Source of the DNA: Gammaproteobacteria bacterium
Lineage (GTDB): Bacteria > Pseudomonadota > Gammaproteobacteria > UBA6002
Direction: 5' to 3'
NCBI GenBank assembly: GCA_013697705.1
Contig: JACCWJ010000004.1
Location: 30,938 to 94,937 of the forward strand
Length of the DNA: 64,000 nucleotides
In this document: positions 34,236-45,892 of the stretch, one piece after another
Layout of the letters: each line of letters begins with the position of its first letter
Position numbering within the stretch: the stretch's first letter is position 1
Notes under the pieces: generated by a model
Databases searched by the model: none
The model's input: only the letters and a program-made list of their open reading frames with translations
Told to the model about the DNA's origin: nothing
Translations under genes and position numbers: made by a program

Positions 34236-34877
34236 TCAGAACCAATAACGCAGCGCTAATCCGACTGCTGTAGAGCCGGTATTGTTTGCATGGTAAAGAC
34301 CGAATGCCCCTGAGCGATGATGAATACGAGCAATGATCTCCCATTCTGGATGACTAGGAAGACCAAAGGCCAGATCGAGTAATAAAAAATTTAATAACTT
34401 TTTTGCCTCTTCTGAATTTTTTTCTTCCGAGTAAGGTACCTTGGTGACATAGGATATCCCCTCCCCTACAGAAATGGTGGTTTTAAATTTGTGTCGCCAG
34501 GGAAAATGATACCAATTGAAAGCAATGTAAGGATTAAACTCTAAGATATCGCCATAGGTATCCTGCAGAACAGTAAAATTACCTCTGAAATCTACCGAGC
34601 TCATGATGGGTTGAAGAAAGCGTCGGACTGGATTGCAAGGATTTAACTCCTTGCCTATTTCTAATGAGTAAAGCGTATCTTTGTTTAAGGAATAATTGAA
34701 TGCGATTACTTCACCTAAATTATCGTTAGTCATTTTTCCGTAATAGATTAATGCAAACCATTGGGGATAATAGGCTGTGGGAAAAGCGGTTGTGCTATTG
34801 CACAAATCAGCGTAGGAATTAGTTCCCATTAATAATAATATAAGAACATATAAGCGTTTCAAGTAGTATTCCCTCAT
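34236..34877 (-). CDS. Small outer-membrane beta-barrel protein, possibly PagL-like lipid A deacylase
   Basis: Signal peptide, 213 aa, alternating amphipathic strands, C-terminal ...LALRYWF with terminal Phe (OMP signature); HHRSG segment loosely resembles PagL His-x-Ser catalytic motif. Confidence 0.45.
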   Translation of the reverse strand: MREYYLKRLYVLILLLMGTNSYADLCNSTTAFPTAYYPQWFALIYYGKMTNDNLGEVIAFNYSLNKDTLYSLEIGKELNPCNPVRRFLQPIMSSVDFRGNFTVLQDTYGDILEFNPYIAFNWYHFPWRHKFKTTISVGEGISYVTKVPYSEEKNSEEAKKLLNFLLLDLAFGLPSHPEWEIIARIHHRSGAFGLYHANNTGSTAVGLALRYWF

Positions 34878-34987
34878 CGTTGGGACGAAAAAACTGTAAT
34901 ATAACTGTAACTATTCAGCACTATTTGATATTTGGCAAGAACATCTAGAGGCATACAATTGTTAATAACATCTAAAGAGAAATATAA

Positions 34988-37669
34988 GTGACGTTATCTC
35001 AAAAGCCAGTCGTTTTGATTGATGGTTCATCCTATCTTTATCGGGCATTTCACGCCTTACCCCCATTAGCAAATACTAAGGGAGAACCTACAGGCGCTAT
35101 TTATGGGGTGATAAGTATGATCAAAAAACTTATCAATGATTATGAGCCTGATTACATGGCGGTCATATTTGACCCGAAAGGCAAAACACAGCGGGATGCC
35201 ATTTATAGTGAATATAAAGCGCACCGCCCTCCTATGCCAACCGATTTATCCATGCAAGTGGGACATATTTTTGAAATTATTAAGGCAATGGGTTTGCCCA
35301 TTATCATCGAGGATGGAATTGAAGCAGATGATGTGATTGGTACTTTAGCGAACCAGGCAACCGAGTTAGGCATGTCAACGCTCATTTCTACGGGTGACAA
35401 AGACATGGCGCAGCTAGTGAGCCCTACTGTGACCCTAATTAATACAATGAATGGCATAATTTTTGACCGTGAAGGCGTGATCAAAAAATTTGGTATTCCT
35501 CCAGAACAGATCGTCGACTACCTCTCTTTAATAGGGGATAAAGTAGACAATGTCCCTGGTATACCAAATGTAGGTCCAAAAACCGCAGTTAAATGGCTAG
35601 CTGAGTATGGATCCCTTGAAGGTGTCATAGCGCACGCCGGAGAAATAAAAGGTAAGGTCGGAGAAAATTTACGAGAACATTTGCCTATCCTTTCACTCTC
35701 AAAAAAACTGGTCACCATTTTCACAGATATAAACTTAGCCGAAAAAATACCCGATCTCACTAAACAAGAACCGGATAAAGCATTACTCCTTGCTCTTTAT
35801 AAACATTTAGAATTCAAAACATGGTTGTCAGAATTACTCTCGGAGCAAGTCAGTCATGCGCATGAAAAATATCACGTAATTTTAAACGAAACAGATCTTG
35901 CAAAGTGGGTAGAACGATTGTCGCTTTGTAACATTTATTCGTTTGATATTGAAACGACGCATTACGATGCAATGTTGGCTGAATTAGTGGGTATTGCATT
36001 TGCAATTGCGCCTAAAGAATCAATCTATATTCCCTTAGCTCATGATTACGAGGACGCTCCAGCACAGCTAAATACCCAGAGAGTTTTAGCTGCGCTTTTG
36101 CCAATTCTTCAAGATCAAAACAAAATTCTTATTGGAGAGAATTTAAAATTTGTGTTGAATGTATTGCTGCATTACGGAGTAGAAGTGAGTAATCAAATGT
36201 ACGACACGATGTTAGAGTCCTACGTGCAAAATAGTTCGCTTGCGCGTCATGATAAAAATAGCTTATCACTAAAATATTTAGGAAGACAATCTATCAGTTA
36301 TGAAGAAGTTGCGGGTAAGGGGGCGAAGCAAATTATCTGTAACAAATTAGATATTGAAAAAGTGACTCAATATGCCGCTGAAAGCGCGGACATTATTTTT
36401 CAATTACACCACACTATGTGGGAAAAAATAGCTAACGATCAACATATGAAAAAAATCTTAGTTACGTTAGAAATGCCACTTCTCAGAGTATTAGCGCGCA
36501 TGGAATATGAGGGGGTGTTGATTAGCGCCGAGATGTTACATCAACATAGTATCGAACTAACCAAGCGCATCCAGTCATTAGAAGAAGAAGCCTACACTTT
36601 AGCGGGATGCAAATTTAATTTAGGTTCACCCAAGCAATTACAAACAGTGTTTTATGAAAAATTACAGCTGCCCATCTTAAGTAAAACGCCTACCGGACAG
36701 CCCTCAACATCGGAAGCCATTTTACAAGAATTAGCGCATGACTATCCTTTGCCGCGCATTATTCTTGAATATCGTACGTTAAATAAAATCAAAACGACTT
36801 ATACGGATAAACTTCCTCTGCAGATTAATCCCAAAACAGGGCGAGTGCATACTTGTTACAATCAAGCGGTTACAGCCACTGGACGTCTTTCTTCAACTGA
36901 TCCCAATCTTCAAAATATACCTATTAGAACTGAGGAGGGGCGCAGAATTCGCCAAGCCTTTATTGCATCACCCCACCATAAAATAGTGTCTGCCGACTAT
37001 TCTCAAATCGAACTGCGAATTATGGCGCATCTAGCAAAAGACCCGGGTTTATTGCATGCATTTGCCAATGACCAAGACATTCATATTGCTACTGCAGCAG
37101 AAGTTTTTGGATTAACTATTGATCAGGTGACCCACAGCCAAAGACGTAGTGCAAAGGCCATTAATTTTGGACTCATTTATGGCATGTCTGCCTTCGGGTT
37201 ATCGCGTCAATTAGGCATAGATCGCCAAACCGCGCAAAACTATATCGAGCGGTATTTTGAGCGTTATCCTAAAATCAAAGGTTATATGGAAATGACACGT
37301 GTTTTTGCCCACCAACATGGTTATGTAGAAACTTTACAAAAACGACGTCTTTATTTACCCGAAATTAATGCCACCAATTTACAACGGCAGAAGGCTGCTG
37401 AAAGAGCGGCAATCAATGCACCTCTGCAAGGAACAGCAGCTGAGATTATTAAAATGGCGATGATTCATATTGATAACTGGCTGCAAACTTCTAAGCTCGG
37501 CACCAAGATGATAATGCAAGTACATGACGAATTGGTTTTTGAGGTACCCGAGTCGGAAGTTGATGAAGTGATTGCGAAAGTTACATCTTTTATGGTGAAT
37601 ACTATTGAATTAGATGTTCCATTGGCAATTGATATAGGAATTGGAAATAATTGGGATGAGGCACATTAA
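34988..37669 (+). CDS. polA: DNA polymerase I
   Basis: 893 aa; 5'-3' exonuclease N domain, 3'-5' exo motifs, polymerase motif A DYSQIELR and motif C QVHDELVFEV; GTG start. Confidence 0.95.
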   Translation: MTLSQKPVVLIDGSSYLYRAFHALPPLANTKGEPTGAIYGVISMIKKLINDYEPDYMAVIFDPKGKTQRDAIYSEYKAHRPPMPTDLSMQVGHIFEIIKAMGLPIIIEDGIEADDVIGTLANQATELGMSTLISTGDKDMAQLVSPTVTLINTMNGIIFDREGVIKKFGIPPEQIVDYLSLIGDKVDNVPGIPNVGPKTAVKWLAEYGSLEGVIAHAGEIKGKVGENLREHLPILSLSKKLVTIFTDINLAEKIPDLTKQEPDKALLLALYKHLEFKTWLSELLSEQVSHAHEKYHVILNETDLAKWVERLSLCNIYSFDIETTHYDAMLAELVGIAFAIAPKESIYIPLAHDYEDAPAQLNTQRVLAALLPILQDQNKILIGENLKFVLNVLLHYGVEVSNQMYDTMLESYVQNSSLARHDKNSLSLKYLGRQSISYEEVAGKGAKQIICNKLDIEKVTQYAAESADIIFQLHHTMWEKIANDQHMKKILVTLEMPLLRVLARMEYEGVLISAEMLHQHSIELTKRIQSLEEEAYTLAGCKFNLGSPKQLQTVFYEKLQLPILSKTPTGQPSTSEAILQELAHDYPLPRIILEYRTLNKIKTTYTDKLPLQINPKTGRVHTCYNQAVTATGRLSSTDPNLQNIPIRTEEGRRIRQAFIASPHHKIVSADYSQIELRIMAHLAKDPGLLHAFANDQDIHIATAAEVFGLTIDQVTHSQRRSAKAINFGLIYGMSAFGLSRQLGIDRQTAQNYIERYFERYPKIKGYMEMTRVFAHQHGYVETLQKRRLYLPEINATNLQRQKAAERAAINAPLQGTAAEIIKMAMIHIDNWLQTSKLGTKMIMQVHDELVFEVPESEVDEVIAKVTSFMVNTIELDVPLAIDIGIGNNWDEAH

Positions 37670-37747
37670 CGTATCCGTTGTTAACGTTAATTGGATGCGA
37701 TGAAGCAACTTCTCATCGAGAGGGCACTTCGCTGAACACGTGCAATA

Positions 37748-39580
37748 TTATTCTACAGTAACCGATTTCGCTAAATTTCGTGGCTGATCCACATCGGTGC
37801 CTTTTAACACAGCAACATGGTACGCCAATAATTGGAGTGGAATAGTATATAGTATTGGTGCCAATTCCTTGCTCACGGTGGGCATGTGAAATACATGGGT
37901 ATGTTCTGACTCCGGAATGTTTGCAGATTGATCAGCAAATATAATTAATTCTCCACCCCTAGCTTGTACTTCGCAAATATTCGATTTTAATTTCTCGAGC
38001 AATTCATCATTAGGTGCTACAGCAATCACAGGCATCTCTTTATCTACTAGCGCGAGTGGACCATGTTTTAATTCTCCAGCGGGGTAAGCTTCCGCATGAA
38101 TATAAGAAATTTCTTTGAGTTTGAGCGCTCCTTCCATGGCTATGGGAAAATGTAATCCTCGCCCTAAAAATAAGGCATGTTGTTTATCAATGAATTTTCG
38201 GGCTAGTTGTCTAATCACGTCATCCAAGGCAAGCGCTTGCTCTACGTAAGAGGGTAAATAGCGGAGTTCTTGAACAAAATATTGCTCTTGTTCTGCGCTA
38301 ATTTTACGGTTTCTGCCTAATAGCAGGGTTAACAAGAATAAGGTGGCAAGCTGCGTAGTAAATGCCTTTGTTGATGCCACACCGATCTCCATGCCTGCTC
38401 GGGTCATCAGTATTAGATCAGATTCACGAACTAGGGAACTTTGAGAGACATTACAAATGCCTAATGTTGCCATATGCCCTATAGATTTAGCTTGTCGCAA
38501 AGACGCTAGAGTGTCGGCGGTTTCTCCGGATTGAGAGATGCACACGAATAAAGAATTCGCCTCGACCACGCCCTGACGATATCTGTTTTCGCTGGCAATT
38601 TCGACTTGACAAGGAAGGCCGGCAAGACTCTCCAGCCAATATCGACCTACCATTGCCGCATGATAACTTGTGCCGCAAGCGACGATTTGCACACGCTCAA
38701 TACGACTGATATCGGCCAGGGTTTTATCCAGGGTATCGACAATCACCTTGTTGTCATCGAGACGGCCATCCAGGGTATCGCGAATAGCTTGTGGTTGATC
38801 AAAGATCTCTTTTAACATGTAGTGGCGATAGGGGCCTCGTTCTACAGAATCTTGATGAATATTCAAGGTATGAATTTTCCGAGAGACTTGGTTACCCAAA
38901 TTATCATAGATGATGAGATGGTCTCTTCTAACATCGGCAATGTCCCCTTCTTCAAGGTAGATAAATTGCTGGGCTACGGGCATTAAAGCCAGCGGATCTG
39001 AAGCAAAAAAATGTTCCTTAATTCCCAGTCCGACAACTAATGGGCAGCCACTTCTCACAGCAATGAGGCGATTCGGCTCGTTTTTAATCATGATTCCTAA
39101 TGCATACGCACCTTTAAATGTTTTGACCGCAGCTTGAACGGCAGCAAGTATATCTTTATGTTCGATATAGTATTGATGAATGATATGCGCACCTACTTCG
39201 GTATCAGTTTCAGAACTAAAAGAGTAGCCTGATTCCAATAGGGCCGCTCTTAAGAGCGCATGATTTTCAATAATTCCATTGTGGACAATAGCGATATAGT
39301 CATTAGAAATGTGGGGATGTGCGTTGAGCTCGCTGGGTTTTCCATGGGTTGCCCAACGCGTATGGGCAATGCCGGTGTGTCCGGGAATGTCTGTTAGGTT
39401 TAAAACATCTGCCAGTTCACACACCTTCCCCTGGGTTCGAATGCGCTGTAGTGTTTGATTATTGGGATCTAAAATTGCAATGCCTGCAGAGTCATATCCT
39501 CTATACTCCAAGCGCTTAAGGCCTTCCAATAAAATGGGAGCAACATTCCTTTGCGCAACAGCGCCTACAATCCCACACAT
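37748..39580 (-). CDS. glmS: Glutamine-fructose-6-phosphate aminotransferase GlmS
   Basis: True start MCGIVGAV (catalytic Cys2) at ATG 39580, ORF-track start 39634 adds 18 non-native residues; two SIS domains, C-terminal ...AKSVTVE. Confidence 0.93.
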   Translation of the reverse strand: MCGIVGAVAQRNVAPILLEGLKRLEYRGYDSAGIAILDPNNQTLQRIRTQGKVCELADVLNLTDIPGHTGIAHTRWATHGKPSELNAHPHISNDYIAIVHNGIIENHALLRAALLESGYSFSSETDTEVGAHIIHQYYIEHKDILAAVQAAVKTFKGAYALGIMIKNEPNRLIAVRSGCPLVVGLGIKEHFFASDPLALMPVAQQFIYLEEGDIADVRRDHLIIYDNLGNQVSRKIHTLNIHQDSVERGPYRHYMLKEIFDQPQAIRDTLDGRLDDNKVIVDTLDKTLADISRIERVQIVACGTSYHAAMVGRYWLESLAGLPCQVEIASENRYRQGVVEANSLFVCISQSGETADTLASLRQAKSIGHMATLGICNVSQSSLVRESDLILMTRAGMEIGVASTKAFTTQLATLFLLTLLLGRNRKISAEQEQYFVQELRYLPSYVEQALALDDVIRQLARKFIDKQHALFLGRGLHFPIAMEGALKLKEISYIHAEAYPAGELKHGPLALVDKEMPVIAVAPNDELLEKLKSNICEVQARGGELIIFADQSANIPESEHTHVFHMPTVSKELAPILYTIPLQLLAYHVAVLKGTDVDQPRNLAKSVTVE

Positions 39581-39735
39581 ATGTGATTCCTCTTTGATTA
39601 TTCTATTCTGATAACGTAATATCTTTTCTATCAAAAAACCAGTGTAACCCGCAATTAATTAGGTAATTCTTTATGCATACAGACGATCTTTTGCAACGTT
39701 CTGATATCGATTCTACCCATGGAGCTAAGAAATTC

Positions 39736-41730
39736 ATGCCACGCCGCCGACACCTTGCTAATGCTATTCGTGCTCTTGCTATGGATTCAGTACAGAAAGC
39801 AAACTCTGGACATCCGGGAATGCCCATGGGAATGGCAGATATTGCAGAAGTCCTCTGGAATGATTTTTTGAAGCATAATCCTGCTAATCCAAATTGGATT
39901 AATAGAGATAGATTTATCCTCTCAAATGGCCATGGTGCCATGCTTCATTACGCCTTATTACATTTAACCGGTTATGATTTAAGCATTGAAGATTTGCAAC
40001 AATTTCGCCAATTACATTCGCGTACGCCTGGACATCCCGAATTTGGTCTTACCCCGGGTGTCGAAACAACGACTGGGCCGCTTGGGCAAGGATTGGCCAA
40101 TGCAGTAGGAATGGCTATTGCAGAAAAAAAATTAGCGAGCGATTTTAATAGAGCTGATTTTTCTATCATCAATCATTTTACCTATGTGTTTGTAGGAGAC
40201 GGTTGTTTGATGGAAGGGATTTCCCATGAAGCCTGTTCTTTGGCAGGTGTTTTAGGCCTAGGCAAATTAATTGCCTTCTATGATGACAATGGCATATCAA
40301 TTGATGGTGAAGTGGCTAATTGGTATAAAGACGACACCCCTGCCCGATTCAACGCATACGGATGGCACGTCATTCCGCATGTGGATGGTCATGATGCTGA
40401 ATCAATACGCCAAGCTATTTTAGAAGCTCAAGCGGTAGAAGATAAACCGACCTTAATTTGTTGCCGCACGGTTATTGCCTACGGAGCTCCTACCCTAGCA
40501 GGAACGTCAGAAGCACACGGGGCTCCTTTAGGAGAAGAGGAAATAAGGTCTACAAGAAAGGCACTGGGTTGGGAGTTTCCTCCCTTTAGCATTCCCGGTG
40601 ATATTTATGAAGGATGGAATGCCAAGGATAAAGGCAGGGAAACCGAACAGTTGTGGCAAGCGCAATTTGATGCTTATTTGGCATCATACCCTGAGCTGGC
40701 GAAAGAGTTTGTAAGACGTATCGAAGGTAAAATGCCTGACAATTGGCAGGAAGAAAGCACTAAATTTATTAGCCAGCTTAATGACAAACATCAAGAAATG
40801 GCCACACGAAAAGCCTCAAAATTATGTCTCGATGCATTCGGACCGCTTTTACCCGAAATGATGGGGGGATCAGCGGATCTTACGGGATCAAATTTAACAT
40901 TGTGGGATGGCTCTCACACGTTCAGTAATGAAACTCCTAGTGGCAATTATATTTATTACGGCGTCAGAGAATTCGGAATGTTCGCCATTATGAATGGGAT
41001 AGCTCTGCATAAAGGGTTACTGCCTTATGGCGGCACTTTTTTAACCTTCGTGGATTACGGCAAAAACGCGGTGCGTTTAAGCGCCCTCATGAAGGCCCAT
41101 GTGGTTTATGTTTTAACGCATGATTCTGTTGGACTCGGAGAAGATGGGCCCACTCATCAACCGATCGAGCATATAAGCATGCTTCGTCTAATTCCCAATC
41201 TTTACGTTTGGCGACCTGGAGATGCTGTGGAAACGGCCGTTGCCTGGAAATATGCAATAGAAAACAAAGTGCCGTCTTGTCTTCTCTTGTCACGGCAAAA
41301 TATTGCTCCTCAATCACATGCTAATAATCTCAATGAGATAGCTAGGGGGGGGTATATATTAACGAGCACTGATCGCGCCCCTGATTTAATTTTAATCGCC
41401 ACTGGCTCCGAAGTATCGCTCGCAGTAGAAGCAGCCGATAAGTTGCAGCAGGATGGTATAGCAGTGCGTGTTGTCTCTATGCCCTGTTTAGAGGTCTTTG
41501 AAGAGCAGCCCAATGATTATCGTGAACATGTTTTACCGAGTGAAAGCACGTGTCGTATCGTGATTGAGGCAGGGTCAACCGCTCCTTGGTACAAGTATGT
41601 AGGCTTGACCGGCAAGGTGATTGGTATTGATCGTTTTGGCGAATCTGCTCCCTATAAAGATGTCTTTAAAACACTTGGTTTTACGACTGAAAATGTAGTT
41701 ACAACTGCAAAAACCTTATTAAACAAATAA
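39736..41730 (+). CDS. tkt: Transketolase
   Basis: N-terminus [32 protein letters not shown] aligns with E. coli TktA from residue 1; ORF-track start 39673 likely over-extended; 664 aa from 39736. Confidence 0.92.
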   Translation: MPRRRHLANAIRALAMDSVQKANSGHPGMPMGMADIAEVLWNDFLKHNPANPNWINRDRFILSNGHGAMLHYALLHLTGYDLSIEDLQQFRQLHSRTPGHPEFGLTPGVETTTGPLGQGLANAVGMAIAEKKLASDFNRADFSIINHFTYVFVGDGCLMEGISHEACSLAGVLGLGKLIAFYDDNGISIDGEVANWYKDDTPARFNAYGWHVIPHVDGHDAESIRQAILEAQAVEDKPTLICCRTVIAYGAPTLAGTSEAHGAPLGEEEIRSTRKALGWEFPPFSIPGDIYEGWNAKDKGRETEQLWQAQFDAYLASYPELAKEFVRRIEGKMPDNWQEESTKFISQLNDKHQEMATRKASKLCLDAFGPLLPEMMGGSADLTGSNLTLWDGSHTFSNETPSGNYIYYGVREFGMFAIMNGIALHKGLLPYGGTFLTFVDYGKNAVRLSALMKAHVVYVLTHDSVGLGEDGPTHQPIEHISMLRLIPNLYVWRPGDAVETAVAWKYAIENKVPSCLLLSRQNIAPQSHANNLNEIARGGYILTSTDRAPDLILIATGSEVSLAVEAADKLQQDGIAVRVVSMPCLEVFEEQPNDYREHVLPSESTCRIVIEAGSTAPWYKYVGLTGKVIGIDRFGESAPYKDVFKTLGFTTENVVTTAKTLLNK

Positions 41731-41827
41731 CCATTTTTGTTAGCGCTTTCTTCACTGTTCTTCTCCTAAGAAAGGGGCCCGTAGGGGCGATGAAGAATGA
41801 ATTTTTTTATTATGAGAGGGGAATACC

Positions 41828-42838
41828 ATGACGATAAAGTTAGGAATCAATGGCTATGGGCGTATAGGAAAAAATATTCTTCGCGCTTTATATGAATCAA
41901 AAAACCATCAAGATATGAAGATTGTAGCCATTAATGATTTGGGGGATGTTAATACCAATGTTCATCTCACTCGTTACGACACTGTACATGGAAAATTCCA
42001 AGGTGATGTGTCTGTAGACAATAACGAGATGGTGGTGAACGGCGATAGAATTCGCGTATTTGCTGAAAGGGATCCTGCAAAGCTTCCTTGGGGTGAGCTA
42101 GGGGTTGATATTGTTTTAGAATGCACCGGGTTTTTTGATTCTCGTCAAAAAGCAGAAGCGCATTTAAGAGGGGGCGCTAAGAAGGTTATTATTTCGGCTC
42201 CGGCAGGAAAAGACGTTGATGCCACCATCGTATATGGTGTCAATCAGCATACATTAAAGTCCAGCTTCACAATCATTTCCAATGCTTCTTGCACCACAAA
42301 TTGCCTGGCACCATTGGTAAAACCTTTGGACGAAAAGATTGGCATCGTAAATGGATTGATGACAACTATCCATGCTTATACTAATGACCAAAAATTGATT
42401 GATGTTTATCATGAAGATCTGCGTCGCGCTCGCTCAGCTACTCAGTCAATGATTCCAACAAAAACCGGTGCAGCGGCGGCCGTAGGACTAGTCTTGCCTG
42501 AACTAGCAGGTAAATTAGATGGGTTCGCTATACGCGTCCCCACCATTAATGTATCTATTGTGGATTTAACATTCGAAGCTAAACGCGAAACGAGTGTCGA
42601 TGAAGTTAATCAAATTCTTAAGTCCGCCTCTGAAGGCGAACTCAAAGGAGTGCTTAGTTATAACGCAGACCCCCTTGTTTCTATCGATTTTAATCATAAC
42701 CCCGCGTCCTCTATCTTTGATTCCACTTTAACCAAGGTGATAGGCAAAACGGTTAAAGTTCTTTCTTGGTACGATAATGAATGGGGCTTCTCTAATAGAA
42801 TGTTAGATACCGCTGCAGCTTGGATGAAGGCGAAATAA
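41828..42838 (+). CDS. gap: Glyceraldehyde-3-phosphate dehydrogenase
   Basis: NGYGRIGKN Rossmann, active-site [10 protein letters not shown], 336 aa. Confidence 0.95.
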   Translation: MTIKLGINGYGRIGKNILRALYESKNHQDMKIVAINDLGDVNTNVHLTRYDTVHGKFQGDVSVDNNEMVVNGDRIRVFAERDPAKLPWGELGVDIVLECTGFFDSRQKAEAHLRGGAKKVIISAPAGKDVDATIVYGVNQHTLKSSFTIISNASCTTNCLAPLVKPLDEKIGIVNGLMTTIHAYTNDQKLIDVYHEDLRRARSATQSMIPTKTGAAAAVGLVLPELAGKLDGFAIRVPTINVSIVDLTFEAKRETSVDEVNQILKSASEGELKGVLSYNADPLVSIDFNHNPASSIFDSTLTKVIGKTVKVLSWYDNEWGFSNRMLDTAAAWMKAK

Positions 42839-42874
42839 GGAAGGATGCCGAATTAATTGATAAAGAGGTTTGCA

Positions 42875-44065
42875 ATGTCCCCATTGAAAATGGCTGATCT
42901 TGATTTGAACAATAAACAACTTCTCATCAGAGTTGATCTCAATGTTCCCATTGAAAACGGAAAAATTACCAGCACCACACGTATTGAAGCCATATTGCCT
43001 ACAATACAAATGGCGTGCCAACAAAATGCCAAAGTAATATTAATGTCGCATCTGGGACGGCCTAAAGAAGGATATTATGACGCTGATTTTTCTCTGGCGC
43101 CGGTGGCAACTTATTTAAGTGAACGACTAGGTCAGCCTGTAAAATTAATCGATAAACTCGATACCATCGCCTTACAGCCCGGACAGGTGGTGTTGCTTGA
43201 AAACATACGTTTTATGCAAGGAGAAAAAGAAAATAGCGCCCTCCTTGGAAAAAAATTAGGCGATCTTTGCGATATTTTTGTAATGGATGCTTTCGCAACA
43301 GCGCATAGAAAAGAAGCCTCCACTTATAGTGTGGCTGAGCACGCCCCTGTCGCCTGTGCGGGCCCCTTACTGGTGTCTGAGATGGATGCACTGCAACAAA
43401 TTTTGAAACAACCTGCCAAACCTTTAGTGGCTATTGTCGGCGGGTCAAAAGTATCTACAAAGTTAAGTATCCTCAAAAATATTTTAAAGGATGTCGATGT
43501 CTTAATTGTCGGCGGTGGCATTGCTAATACTTTTTTAGCTGCGAAAGGATATAATGTGGGTAAATCTTTGTATGAGCCTGATCTTATCCCCCAAGCGATT
43601 GAAATGTTAAATTTTGCTGAGCAGAATAATAAAACAATTGCATTGCCCGAAGATGTTGTGGTGGCTAAAGACTTTTCGTCGGAAGCCAAAGCCGTTATCT
43701 TAGACATAGATCAGATTACGGATGAGTTTATTCTAGATATTGGGCCTCGCACTATAAAACGATTATTGCCTATTATTCAGAATGCCAAAACGCTCCTTTG
43801 GAATGGACCCGTAGGACTCTTTGAATGGGAGCAATTTAGCGGTGGCACTGAAGCGTTAGCAAAAGCAATTGCAAATAGCCAAGCTTATACCGTAGCGGGA
43901 GGCGGGGACACGCTCGCTGCGATCGAAAAATACCACGTTAAGGATAGTATCTCGTATATTTCAACAGGAGGCGGAGCCTTCTTGGAAGTTTTAGAAGGGA
44001 AAAAGTTACCGGCAATCGCCATTTTAGAACGTCGTAATGAAAAAAACGATATAACTATTCATTAA
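42875..44065 (+). CDS. pgk: Phosphoglycerate kinase
   Basis: MSPLKMADLDLNNKQLLIRVDLNVP aligns with E. coli Pgk N-terminus (so start 42875 preferred over 42857); 396 aa. Confidence 0.93.
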   Translation: MSPLKMADLDLNNKQLLIRVDLNVPIENGKITSTTRIEAILPTIQMACQQNAKVILMSHLGRPKEGYYDADFSLAPVATYLSERLGQPVKLIDKLDTIALQPGQVVLLENIRFMQGEKENSALLGKKLGDLCDIFVMDAFATAHRKEASTYSVAEHAPVACAGPLLVSEMDALQQILKQPAKPLVAIVGGSKVSTKLSILKNILKDVDVLIVGGGIANTFLAAKGYNVGKSLYEPDLIPQAIEMLNFAEQNNKTIALPEDVVVAKDFSSEAKAVILDIDQITDEFILDIGPRTIKRLLPIIQNAKTLLWNGPVGLFEWEQFSGGTEALAKAIANSQAYTVAGGGDTLAAIEKYHVKDSISYISTGGGAFLEVLEGKKLPAIAILERRNEKNDITIH

Positions 44066-44076
44066 AAGGGTACTTT

Positions 44077-45504
44077 ATGCGACGCACCAAAATTGTGGCC
44101 ACACTAGGCCCTTCTTCCGATAATGTAGATATTCTCTGTCAGATGTTGCAACAAGGCGTCGACGTGGTACGCGTAAATTTTTCACACGGTGAGGCAGGGG
44201 AACAAGAGGGCCGGGTTAATCGGGTGAGAGAAGTTGCCAAAAAAGTGGGCAAAGAAGTCGCTATCCTTGCCGACCTCCAAGGTCCCAAAATTCGTATTGC
44301 GAAATTTAGAAATCGCCAAGTTACCTTAATTCGTGGTGACAGTTTCATTTTAGATGCGGCAATGGCCTCCGGAGAGGGTGATGAAAAAGCGGTTGGGATA
44401 GATTATAAAGAATTACCCAATGACGTTTTTGCAGGTGATACCTTATTATTAGATGATGGACGTATCGTGTTGCATGTTGAACAAGTCAGCTCCCCCCAAA
44501 TCCAATGTCGAGTTGAAGTAGGCGGCTTATTGTCGAACAATAAAGGTATCAACCGTAGAGGTGGTGGCTTATCTGCAAAGGCATTAACAGAAAAAGATAA
44601 AAAAGACATTAAAACCGCTTGTAGCTTAGAAGTGGACTATATTGCGGTCTCCTTTCCCCGTACTGCAGAAGATATCAAAGAAGCCCGCAATCTCATTCAT
44701 GAAGCAGGGGGCAATGCCTGCATTATTGCCAAAATTGAACGTCAAGAAGCGGTCAATGCTATCGACGAAATTATCCTCGCGTCTGACGGAGTGATGGTGG
44801 CGCGAGGCGATCTTGCTGTTGAAATTGGTGAGGCAGCAGTGCCTGGCGTCCAAAAACATATCATTCATCGGGCGCGCACGTTAGACCGACCTGTTATAAC
44901 GGCGACACAGATGATGGAGTCGATGATTCACAGCAGTGTCCCTACACGTGCGGAGGTTTCCGATGTAGCGAATGCGATATTGGATGGCACAGATGCCGTT
45001 ATGTTATCTGCTGAGACAGCAGTGGGATCCTATCCGGTAGAAGTAATTGAGGCAGTATCTCGCATTTGTGTGGGCGCTGAAAAACACCCTAGAACGTTAG
45101 TCTCTAAACATCGTGTGGAAAGTCATTTTGGTCGCATTGATGAAGCCATTGCTATGGCAACTATGTATGCTGCTAACCACATGAATATCAAAGCAATAGT
45201 GGCATTAACTGAATCCGGTGCCACCCCTTTATGGATGTCGCGTATTCGCTCCGGGATACCTATTTTTGGATTGAGTAGACATCTGCGCACTCTTCGTAAA
45301 ATGACCTTATTTCGAGGAGTTTATCCTATTCATTTCGATGCTACCCAAATTCACCGCCCTGAAATAAATAAACGCGCCGTAGAAGAGTTACTACAAAAAG
45401 GCCTAGTAAGTAAGGGCGACCTTGTTATTGTCACTAAGGGGTCTGCGATGGGGGTGCATGGGGGCACCAATTCAATGAAGATCGTTGAGGTGGGTAAGAA
45501 ATGA
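44077..45504 (+). CDS. pyk: Pyruvate kinase
   Basis: MRRTKIVATLGPS N-terminus, 475 aa, tkt-gap-pgk-pyk glycolytic cluster. Confidence 0.93.
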   Translation: MRRTKIVATLGPSSDNVDILCQMLQQGVDVVRVNFSHGEAGEQEGRVNRVREVAKKVGKEVAILADLQGPKIRIAKFRNRQVTLIRGDSFILDAAMASGEGDEKAVGIDYKELPNDVFAGDTLLLDDGRIVLHVEQVSSPQIQCRVEVGGLLSNNKGINRRGGGLSAKALTEKDKKDIKTACSLEVDYIAVSFPRTAEDIKEARNLIHEAGGNACIIAKIERQEAVNAIDEIILASDGVMVARGDLAVEIGEAAVPGVQKHIIHRARTLDRPVITATQMMESMIHSSVPTRAEVSDVANAILDGTDAVMLSAETAVGSYPVEVIEAVSRICVGAEKHPRTLVSKHRVESHFGRIDEAIAMATMYAANHMNIKAIVALTESGATPLWMSRIRSGIPIFGLSRHLRTLRKMTLFRGVYPIHFDATQIHRPEINKRAVEELLQKGLVSKGDLVIVTKGSAMGVHGGTNSMKIVEVGKK

Positions 45505-45695
45505 TGCAAACACTCACCCAGGTGCTACTTATCATAGGCGCCGGATTTATTTTATGGTTCACCTATCAATCAATAAAACGCAATCCACAGGTATTTTCAG
45601 CGGAAAATATTAATAAAAGCATTTTCACCTTGGGAATTTTGGCCCTCTGTTTAATCGCTATTATTGCCTTTCTTGTTTATCTATTAAAAAATTGA
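45501..45695 (+). CDS. Small two-TM membrane protein (64 aa), translationally coupled to pyk (ATGA overlap)
   Basis: ORF start overlaps pyk stop; two hydrophobic helices (VLLIIGAGFILWF and IFTLGILALCLIAIIAFLVYLL); no family recognised. Confidence 0.4.
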   Translation: MMQTLTQVLLIIGAGFILWFTYQSIKRNPQVFSAENINKSIFTLGILALCLIAIIAFLVYLLKN

Positions 45696-45709
45696 AAGTT
45701 AACTACAAT

Positions 45710-45892
45710 CAACAACCTGGATTCCGCTGCGCTGCATCCAGGCTACATTAAAGATCGTGAGGTGGGTAAGATGATGCAACGCTCATCCAGGTACTCTAAT
45801 GTAGCCTGGATGTAGCGCAGCGAAATCCGGGTTTTTTACTGGCAACGAGTGTCAACAACCTGGATTCCGCTGCGCTGCATCCAGGCTACGTT
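45710..45892. repeat. Cluster of three ~40-bp REP-like palindromic elements: copy A 45710-45750 (+), inverted copy A-prime 45797-45833, copy B 45853-45892 (+)
   Basis: Copies A and B identical over 37/40 nt (caacaacctggattccgctgcgctgcatccaggctac[ag]tta); A-prime is their near-exact reverse complement; each forms a 7-8 bp stem (cctggat/atccagg) with 13-nt loop. Confidence 0.8.

Noticed and set aside
39581-39735. Possible glmS ribozyme or other riboswitch in the glmS-tkt divergent region, and purine riboswitch upstream of the phosphorylase gene (60339-60480)
   Set aside because: No conserved riboswitch core sequences recognisable. The glmS ribozyme is essentially Gram-positive. These regions look like plain divergent promoters.
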